Shown here: positions 55,066-64,000 of the stretch, one piece after another
Numbering within the stretch: position 1 is the first letter of the stretch
How the letters are laid out: each line of letters opens with the position of its first letter
Position numbers and translations under genes: made by a program
The notes under the pieces: model-generated
Databases searched by the model: none
Seen by the model: the letters and a program-made list of their open reading frames with translations, nothing else
What the model was told of the DNA's origin: nothing
From: Syncephalis fuscata S228
Taxonomy: Eukaryota; Fungi; Zoopagomycota
Reading direction: 5' to 3'
Assembly: GCA_025786725.1 (NCBI GenBank)
Contig: JAHLTZ010000059.1
Coordinates: 12,975-76,974 of the forward strand
Length of the DNA stretch: 64,000 bases

Positions 55066-57754
55066 TCAATCGTCCCAGCCATTTTCTTCAACTGCTCGGC
55101 GTGCCTCTTGTTTAGCTTCTTGAATCCAGGTACGAAGGAATTCATAGCGTTCTTGCCGTCGACGAGATGCTGTCCCGCTGGCCCGTGTCATAAGCTGCTC
55201 TAATACCTGGGCCGCTTCTTCTTGGACAGCACGATCAGTAGCCATTTTCCATGTACGTTCTGCCATTTCACATCGCTCAACATCACTGGTTAGACGCCGG
55301 TAAAGACGTAGATGTTCCTTGTGAGCGTCTTTAAATAGACGATATAGTTGTCGTAGATCAGAGCGTGTAGTGACAGTCGGTGGATGTTCAGGTAATTTTA
55401 CAGGCTTATGCATTGGTTCTCTATTACCCGATACTGTGGGAACAGCCATGGTAGCTGTAGCATTTGAAGTAGCTATAGCCGTGGTAGTAGTTGTAGCACT
55501 TGGAGTAGCTGCACTGTTAGTGGTAGATATAATGCTTGTTGTTTCATTGGATATTGTTGGTTGAGTAGCTGGTGTTGTAGCTGGAACAGCTGGTCGTGCT
55601 GAAGCAACCTTAGTCGTTGGTGTAGTAGAAGGCGTCGTCAAACGAGTTCGTTTTATCGATGGTTTACTGCTGCTAGAAGCTAGTAAGGCTGTAGCATCTG
55701 CTTTCTTTGACTTTGTCGCTGGCAGTGATCGTTTAAGCGATTCATTGCCTTCTGAAGATAGCGATAATTTACCTGGACCTTCTGATTTTTCTACCAGCGA
55801 CGAGTCAATATCCAAATGGGCTGTGGGTGCTGGTGTCACTGCCGCCCATGGACTTGGGATAGATGGCTCTGTTGGTTCTGTAGCCTTTGTTGCTGCTGTA
55901 TCTGCTGCTGCTGCTGCTGCTGCGACGGCGGCAGCTTTTTTGGATTGTCGTTGACGTTTTGGCTTAACAGGTGTCGTTTCCTGTGTAGTAGATTCTGTTT
56001 CAGATGCAGTAGTTGATGTTTTTGTACTAGTAGCTGTTGTAGATCCTGGTCGCTTGGACATTGCTGTTAATTTAGCAAGAGTAGAAGCGCCTTTTTTTCC
56101 TCCAGATGTACTATTATTTTTATTCTTAGTTGCCGGCGTTGTAGTTGCAGTAATCGTTGTAGCTGCTGCTTTTGCATCATTTGTTATTACTAGAGTATCA
56201 CTGCCGGGTGTAGCTGTAGACGATGTAGTGGCTGATGTTGAAACAGGAGACGGTAAAGATGGATAGTTAGCTAATCTACTCCATGCTGGATCAGCTTCTG
56301 AAAGTCCTGTACATTCAAAGACTGATCGCATTGTCGATGCAACCTTCTTTCGTTCATCTTCTGTCCAGCCAGGCCATGTATCTACCTGTATTTCGCTATA
56401 GCTAGCATCTTGTAGTACCCAAGCATTGTTGGTAAAGCGGCCCACCTAAACATAAATAAATAAATACCAGTTAATGCACAATTTAGCTCTACTTACTTGA
56501 CGTAATGTCTCTCGAAAGCTGTCGTCTTCTGTTGCACCAGCTCGTTCCTGTGCTTGTTTAAATTCCATGGGCTTTAGCGCTAAAGCATGTATTACTCGCT
56601 CTTTTAATGTGCCTTTGTGATCCCAACCAGCTGGACGTGTCTCTGGTGCTAAAAGCATAACACGCTCCCGTGCATCTTCTGATAAGCCAAGTTTATCAAA
56701 TGCTTGCTGTGCTAGCGAAATAACCATGGCCCGTTCCTCGTCCGTATAATCCCATTCATAAATCTGTACATCTTGATAACACTCTGGCTTTAAATAGTAG
56801 ATTGAGCCTTGTCTGTCAGATAGCTATGTATCATGATAATTAGACACCAATTAATTAGCATATTAAGTCATAATATTACCCGTGAAAGATCAGCCGTTAA
56901 TGCTTCTGGTCTCTGGGCCATTCGTGTTTGTAGTGTGCCAATGTCAATAGGACCCATAGCTAATAGTTTCAACAGACGTGCACGTAGCGGCATACCGTGT
57001 CGTTTTGGCGCAGACGTAGTTTGATTGGCGGCTACCGCTGCAAGTGCAGCAGCCTGTGCAGCAGGTGAATCTACACCATAAGCCGACGATCCAGCATTAC
57101 CGCCGGCCAGTTTTGCTGGTGATCGTGCTGTATTAGCCGCACGGGCCGCAATTTGCTGAGGTGTCAGCGCCTGCATGCTAACCGCGGCAGGAGGCTGGTG
57201 CCGATGTCGCCGACTATCAAGCTGCGATACAGACGGTGCACTAATTGTTATTTATGCATACACCCTATCAGTATCATAATACTTGATACTATAATCCACC
57301 TTACCGTCGTATGGCTGACTCCGTATCGACAGCACGCTGCGTTCGGAATGGCTGCGCTGGCTGTTTCGCGGCAGCTGGCAGCGCCGACGATCCCGACATC
57401 GATCGGCCGGTAACTGCATATACTTGTCGCTGCGTTCCTAGCAGCTGGAGCGCCGAGGTATCGCCGGGCACTTTACGATAAACCTCACGCACTTCGCGAT
57501 CCCCAGCTAGAACGCGGCGATCTAGCCGGAATGTGGCCTCACCAATATGTAGAAAAGGCTCGCCCTGTATAACCGGTCAGTTTATAGATTTCTAGCTACC
57601 CGGTATAAATTGGTTTTACCTGTTCAAACACCACGGTACAGGAGTCACCGCGGCGCAATGCGGCGAGTGTCTCCTCAGTCAACCGCAAGCCAACAACTGG
57701 ACGTACGCCTTTGTTCGGCTCGCAACGCAGCGCCAAGGTTGAAGTCCAGCTCAT
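55066..57754 (-). CDS. RNA polymerase II elongation factor ELL-like protein
   Basis: N-terminal GLRLTEETLAAL; LKERVIHALALKP...WPGWTEDER (ELL middle domain); low-complexity linker; C-terminal occludin/ELL-like VTTRSDLRQLYRLFKDAHKEHLRLY. Confidence 0.75.
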
Positions 57755-58601
57755 TTTTACGGAAAAAGCAAAAAAGTATTCACTTTGCTGGTCCGGTTTG
57801 CAGCTGGCCTTAAGCAAGGAATGATTATCTAAATAAACTAATAACAAATAGAAAGATACCAAATAGAAAAAGAATCCACGTATTTACCATTGGTATTAAT
57901 CAGATGATTTTATTGCAATTGATATTATACACCAATAAAGTTTAAATTAACTTGAAGCCCGTGGAGCACATGGCCGTTTGAGACTTTGTAACACTACAGC
58001 TAGTTATTTTTAAAGTCCCAAGTTTATGAATAGTGCAGGGAAAACATACTATCAATTTTTCTTTAAAGATTGCACACCACAGACAACAGCAGCAACGATA
58101 ACGACAATGAATAAACTCTGTTAATATTAGAGAATAGGTCAGAGATAGCTATAATTGCCGAGGTGCCTCGTTTATGTGGTAGGACCGATTGATAAGATGG
58201 AGCCAAGGTGACAATTAAACATGCCATCATATTGTTTTAAGTTAATTGGCAGCAATAAACCAGTTTTCAATACAAACTTCAAAAGAAATGGGGTAATAAT
58301 ATCAATAGACAATGACTATTCGCAGATAATAAAATACTAATGATGGCAGTCCTCTGTGTGTGTAACAGAATAATGTGATAGCGCCATATGAATTTTACAT
58401 AAAGCACGGGAATACTAAACATAACTGCCGCCACAGTTTTCGACTAATGCCTTGTTTTATTTACGAATCTTTTACTTTTTACGATAGCTACAAAGATTAT
58501 AGCAATTATTACAGCACTGAATACACGTGAAATTGCTATTTTTATGACTGATTAAATATACTGCTCTTTAAGTAGCGTATTATTTTGTAACGAATTGCAC
58601 T

Positions 58602-59660
58602 ATGAAAGCTCTTTATCCATCTTCCGATGTACTATGTACACCTCATATCAATCTATATGACTGTGCTGGTCACATTCCACTATCCTATGCAGCAGCCGTA
58701 TGTGCTACTGTATCATCTTTGACTTTTTTATTTGGCCTTGTAGTCATTCTTTATCGTTGGCATCATGGTATTCTAACTGAGCTGTTTCGTCGAGTTAATG
58801 GCTACTGGATACCTGTACCGCTAGATATACTTATTGTTGTTATATGTCCAGTAGAAGCGCTAAGATCTATTATGTACATTCTAGTGCTTCTTGACTGGCC
58901 AAAAAGTATGGTTTTCCGCAATGTTCTTGGTATGGCAGTGCTGATTTTATTAGTATTTGCCGTTACACTGTTTGTCTCGGGTATCATTGCTCATATCCCG
59001 CCTGTGTTTACACGCACAAGTTGGTCCAAATCAAAAATAGCCGTCACATGTGGGGGACCATGCAAGCTATTTGTACCATCAACACGAGTAGTTTATTGGA
59101 CCACTGTTGTGTTCTGCACTCTTATTTTGCTATTAGGCTTTTGTACAAGCGCAATTGTCGGATGGGGCGAGGAACACGGGCTGGCCGCCGTAGCAAAAAA
59201 CGCACATAAAGGCGTAGCGTTTACACTTGCCATTAGCATTCTTATCATGTTCATTGTCAATGGCTATTACAGTTATGGCTTTTACAAAATCCTTTGCAGC
59301 CACGTTGAGCGCTCTTCCAGCCAAGGATTAGTAAATGGCGCTGAAATTGATGCAGCTCGTCGCTTTCGAAACATGTTTCTAGCTGTTATTGCAGCCTGCA
59401 TTCTTGGTTGCACATTTGCCGTGCTAAGCGATGTATTATCCGAACAAATCAGCCGAATTCTATGGTGGAATGTTACCTTTTCCGTTATACGCTATGGCGT
59501 ATTTTTCCCGGGCATTCAATGGATATTATATTATAATATCTTCCAAAGTTCACAAGTCCGTGTGCACCGTGCTACTTCACATGCCGCTGCTACAAAAACT
59601 GGTGCTTCTGAAATGTTTTCCAGTCCGTGCCATAGTATACATCAAGCTACCGCCGTATAA
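58602..59660 (+). CDS. Seven-TM GPCR-like protein, C-x8-C family, paralogue R5
   Basis: Uninterrupted 352-aa ORF: CTPHINLYDC, GLVVILYRW, VPLDI, LRSI, RNVL, FVSGIIAHIPP, GVFFP; seven hydrophobic segments; short tail. Confidence 0.82.
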   Translation: MKALYPSSDVLCTPHINLYDCAGHIPLSYAAAVCATVSSLTFLFGLVVILYRWHHGILTELFRRVNGYWIPVPLDILIVVICPVEALRSIMYILVLLDWPKSMVFRNVLGMAVLILLVFAVTLFVSGIIAHIPPVFTRTSWSKSKIAVTCGGPCKLFVPSTRVVYWTTVVFCTLILLLGFCTSAIVGWGEEHGLAAVAKNAHKGVAFTLAISILIMFIVNGYYSYGFYKILCSHVERSSSQGLVNGAEIDAARRFRNMFLAVIAACILGCTFAVLSDVLSEQISRILWWNVTFSVIRYGVFFPGIQWILYYNIFQSSQVRVHRATSHAAATKTGASEMFSSPCHSIHQATAV

Positions 59661-59791
59661 ACAGACACATAGGCCCAAAATATAATAAATATAACGCAAT
59701 TAAAACAAATCAATAACTATTTATTAAAATGCAATAACTATATTTAATAACATTCGCGCAATTGAACTGTACATTCAATCTATTGAACATG

Positions 59792-60653
59792 GAACAAGTG
59801 GTGAGTTTTATTTAATCATCACATCATCACACTTATTGTGATTTAGCGGCAAATGATTACATTTAATAGCATTCAGTTGATTGAACTGATGGTGGGTGGT
59901 GAGTGACATTAATCATCAAATACTCATCATTGTAGATTCATTATCCAGTATACATATTCAGTATACATATATCCTCTATTCACCTATATCATTTCTATAC
60001 TATTCCACACCGCCATATACCATTCTACAATATACTAGACACATTCCGTTTATTATATACTCCAACGCACTACACTCGCCTCACTTATTACATTATACGC
60101 ACTATAACTTCAACAGCGTTTTATATGCCATTCAATAATTATCTAACCTTCCTCTATCCAAAACTGCTTTTATTTTTGTTCTAGCTTTATTATTTATAAA
60201 TGTTGACTAGTTCCGCTCATTGATCATGCATATATGCTCAATAGCTTTAACAGAGCTAATCGCCGTTCAATATTGTATCTTCGTTATATTGCATATTATT
60301 TTATTATATATTGAACATGCGCTGTCTGTAGCTGTTGTCTGTTTGGTTCTAGCTCAGTTATTAATGTTTCAACTAGTGTCAGTCATTCGTCCATCAGTTT
60401 ATATGTACTTGAAATTTATAGCAAACAAATGTATTCAATATAGCATAAAACTATATATAATAGTATAAATTTACAGCGATAATTATATAGGCGGATAAAG
60501 GATACAAGTAAATGGTGGATATATGCATACTGGATAATGAATCTACGATGATGAGTATTTGATAACTGATGTCATTCACCCGCCATCATGTTTAATAGAT
60601 TAAATATTACTAAATACAGTCGTTTGACCGCCAGAAAACAATATAATTAAATA
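59792..60653 (+). mobile_element. MITE-like repeat (family A, long form, 862 bp), right inverted copy
   Basis: Reverse complement of 53976..54837. Confidence 0.82.
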
Positions 60654-60961
60654 AAATATAATAATATTATCATATAAATAAAATGGCTAAATGAAGTACT
60701 ATATATAGAAAGACTATGGATAGACTAGTCATTACCAAAACCATTAAACTGTTGCATAGTAGTAATGTTTTTATATTGATCATCACTGTTTAAGTACAAT
60801 GATTAACAAAACATTCTCAACAGCGTATAAATGATATAAATAAAAACAATACGTCTGTAATAATTATATGCTAAATATTTCAAGTTAAATTTTACTTAAT
60901 AAAACGCAACGATGAAGGCAACCATTGTACAAACAATAAACACATCTATTTTGTTGGTTGT

Positions 60962-62407
60962 TCATTTGTTATAAGAAGAATTTGTTGGTGAACCATATTG
61001 ACCAATGGTTTCTAAAGAATATTCGTTATGATAGCTTAATACTGAAACTGCATTAGACATGGCTGAGGCGTTATGTTCGGATAAAGAATGGGCCATAAAG
61101 TAAGCACCAGTTGAATCTAGACTGGATATTTCCACAAGCTCCGTAAGATTTGTTGGTGAGCGGCCACGCGATACTAACGGCCGAGTAGTAGACCTGAGTG
61201 ATGACCGCGATGTTTTTGATACAAGTTGCGATCGGCTGGCACTGGCTGCTGCGTTGTTGTATTCATTGGTTTCACGTGCCATGCTAGGCCGCGTATGAAT
61301 AGAATAAGTAACAGCCGTTTCAATGGCTCTACTTCTATTTGATTCTATTGTGGATGAAGCATGAATACGACTGAAAATCGCCATAATAAAGCATGGCCAA
61401 CAAAGTACTAGCGTATAAATTTCAAGAATGCCACTGGCCGCTTCATTGGATAATATCTTTCTTTTGGTGAAAGCACCAATGCTGGCAGAAACCGCTGTGG
61501 TAGCAACTAGTATTAATTCTAAAAGCAGCGTGCGTTTTAATTGACGGATTGTCCGAGCTCGTGCCACCATAGCATTGCTATGATAGTTGATGGTGCATGA
61601 CGACATTGAGGATGACCTTGGCTTATTTATATAACACCCTGTCGATTTAATCATTGCTGCAGTAGGTATAGGTGTTGTATGGTTGGCCGTAATAGCTTGA
61701 GCTGAAGTTGATTGCTGAAATAGATATTCTTGCTGTCGTAGCAACGATGCCAATGCACCAAAATAACAAGCACTTACAACTGCAATAAGTAACATAACAA
61801 AAGACCAAATAAACCACGTAATTTGATTCCAAAATATGTAGCGTGACCATTCGCCACGATCACCGTATTGGCCGGCCAGCCACGCTGTAGCGCTTGTAAT
61901 AGGCGGTACGGTCGTTGCTAAAACGCCAAGTCCACCAAGAACCATTTGGTACGGCGGGGCTTGCCAGCGAGTTTCCTGTAGGTTGGCCAGTACAGGTGAT
62001 ACTGTTTCAATTACTCCGGCTGTGAATAGCAACGTGCCGAAATAGCCACAAACAAACGATAGGCTAGAAAGTGGCTCTCTTATTGCTAATTTCGGTGCAA
62101 CATCTAACAGACAAATAAGAATATAGATTGTGCGCGTCATAAGGAACGCAGAAAAGCAAGCGACCATGCCATCGACAGGTCGTGCTATATAGCGATGTGA
62201 TACATTGGTAGGTGTATCGTGTTGATGGCTTCGTCGCCAGAAATATCGACGCCTCCAAAGAACAAAGCCACCCAGCATTGTTACAGCCAAATGAATGGCA
62301 ATAGCGGCATAGCCTAGTCCGTGGTGCCACAGCTCATTTTCGCAATCAGTTAGATTGACGGCCCAGTCACATCCTGGCGCAAATGGTGGAGGTATATCAA
62401 AATGCAT
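60962..62407 (-). CDS. Seven-TM GPCR-like protein, C-x8-C family, paralogue R6
   Basis: Uninterrupted 481-aa ORF: MHFDIPPPFAPGCDWAVNLTDC, GGFVLWRRR, RPVDG, TRTI, REPL, FTAGVIETVSP, YGDRGEW, LCWP; seven hydrophobic segments; Ser-rich tail. Confidence 0.85.
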   Translation of the reverse strand: MHFDIPPPFAPGCDWAVNLTDCENELWHHGLGYAAIAIHLAVTMLGGFVLWRRRYFWRRSHQHDTPTNVSHRYIARPVDGMVACFSAFLMTRTIYILICLLDVAPKLAIREPLSSLSFVCGYFGTLLFTAGVIETVSPVLANLQETRWQAPPYQMVLGGLGVLATTVPPITSATAWLAGQYGDRGEWSRYIFWNQITWFIWSFVMLLIAVVSACYFGALASLLRQQEYLFQQSTSAQAITANHTTPIPTAAMIKSTGCYINKPRSSSMSSCTINYHSNAMVARARTIRQLKRTLLLELILVATTAVSASIGAFTKRKILSNEAASGILEIYTLVLCWPCFIMAIFSRIHASSTIESNRSRAIETAVTYSIHTRPSMARETNEYNNAAASASRSQLVSKTSRSSLRSTTRPLVSRGRSPTNLTELVEISSLDSTGAYFMAHSLSEHNASAMSNAVSVLSYHNEYSLETIGQYGSPTNSSYNK

Positions 62408-64000
62408 CGTTGGCAGCAGTGTGTATATGCTCTATCCGCAAGTACATAAGCGGTCTGAAATACAGCGTCAACGCACATATACACCCAGTCACTTAAAACT
62501 AGCTAGTAAAGATCCGCATACAATGGCAGATAAATGCGTAAAATTTGTTATAATTACTAAGAACGCAGAAATGTAGAATTTAATGATATCGCGGTTTCGT
62601 TAACACGGTTAGCGTGTATGGTTTCGTATACAATGAGACGTCAAATTGCGTTAGGAAACAAAAGAATCAAGAAAAGCTGTGGGGCTAGAAGCCACTATCC
62701 ATTATGTTCACTAATATGGTTTTATTCATTTACTTCATCAAAAATGGAGAGCACACGTGCGATCGCCCGAATTGGCTTTATTGCTTTGAATAGAACACTG
62801 AAATTGCTTTAACTAAGTGACGGCAGTTGAATATCCGCTATTTTTTGCTTTTTAGGCATTGCCTATTTAAGCAGTATGTCCACGTGCCCGCAGATAAAAT
62901 AATAGTCATAGTTGCCCAACACATTACAAGCAAAAGGCAAGATTCAACCACCTCTATCTTTTTACTTTATCGTGTAGATAAATAGTCCTATTTTTACAAA
63001 CGTGCCACAACAGCTTTTGTATTTTAAAAATAGAAAACGACTATTCTAAAAGGATGCGAAGAAGATATCAATCTCGAAAGTGATATTGATCGGTACGTGA
63101 AAATATTGTCTTGTGCTGGACCAAAAGTCCGACTGACTACTAAGCCTTAAAAGGTACACAAAATTTCTATATTCAGGGCACATGGGTAGCATGTGCTCAA
63201 TATAAATACGCGCATGATTGCTTGTATTTTAATAAAAAAACAGTCTTTATGCCAGCATTATTTTATTATTATTTAGTAAATTTATCACATTATAATGTAT
63301 GTTTTGGCTGTCATCACATTGTGATTCCGTATATTATTACAAATTTTACACTTGAATACAATATACATTTTATACGTTGATATAGCAACTATAATGTTGT
63401 CTAATGTTCTAGTTTGTATTTGTTATAATTATGGTTAGTCCAGAGTCATTCAGCGTAAATAAATCCATTATAATTATTATAATTATTAGTTGTGTTGTAA
63501 TAATAAAATTGACGTAAAAGTAAATTAATATTTATTATTTAATAAAACTAAAACAATTTAATTGCATAGATAATTAATTATGCTAAATTTAAATAGTTAT
63601 ACGCAAGTTTACATTTATCCATTATGCAGCAAGCATGTATATAGCATTTAGTGTAACGAATAGTCATTCATTACAAAAAATAATCGTAAAAAAATATTTA
63701 CACAACTATTTTCCCACGGTTACTTTAATTTAATATCCGTAAACTTTATGTATGATTTACACAATTATATTAAATAAAGCTTATTCTTTATCCATTATAC
63801 ATTGTTTACTATTGTTAAATTTAATATACATGATAATAATACCAAGTAACTAGATAAAACTTTATTACATCCATTAATTATAATATGTTTTATAATATAC
63901 CAACATATTAATAGATAAACGTTTATTTATAACTAATGATTATTTTTATTATGCTCAGTAATTTATTATGATTTATTTATATAGCATTATAAACTATTTA

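Noticed and set aside
45093-57754. Dikaritin/ustiloxin-type RiPP biosynthetic cluster around the precursor
   Set aside because: No UstYa/DUF3328 oxidase, tyrosinase, P450, methyltransferase or transporter is visible in the window, and the cores are much longer than dikaritin cores.
54161-60468. Duplicated 80-aa and 82-aa ORFs (54161..54733 and 59896..60468)
   Set aside because: Non-ATG starts and AT-rich low-complexity translations inside the repeat element; no transposase motifs.

Overview
This is eukaryotic, AT-rich DNA with many short GT-AG introns, most consistent with an early-diverging fungus (a Zoopagomycota/Mucoromycota-like lineage is an inference). Housekeeping genes: TFB2, a CobW/COG0523 GTPase, a Fun30/SMARCAD1-type SNF2 ATPase, CTNNBL1, RPL31, a mitochondrial carrier, a BTB protein, RPA34-like, LCB2, a secreted GDSL esterase and an ELL-like factor. 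Interleaved with them is the most notable content. (1) Six highly diverged paralogues of a seven-transmembrane, GPCR-like family that I cannot assign to a named fungal receptor class. All six share an N-terminal C-x8-C motif and ordered TM motifs, sit in three pairs, and have intronless 7TM cores. (2) A secreted His/Asp-rich tandem-repeat precursor cut into units by four Kex2-type KR sites, enclosed by a ~750-bp inverted repeat. (3) A second small secreted Cys-containing propeptide. Four duplicated segments occur, and all four pairs are inverted. Many single-base deletions in short homopolymers disrupt even conserved genes, so most frameshifts are probably assembly errors. No rRNA, tRNA, CRISPR array or transposase could be supported.
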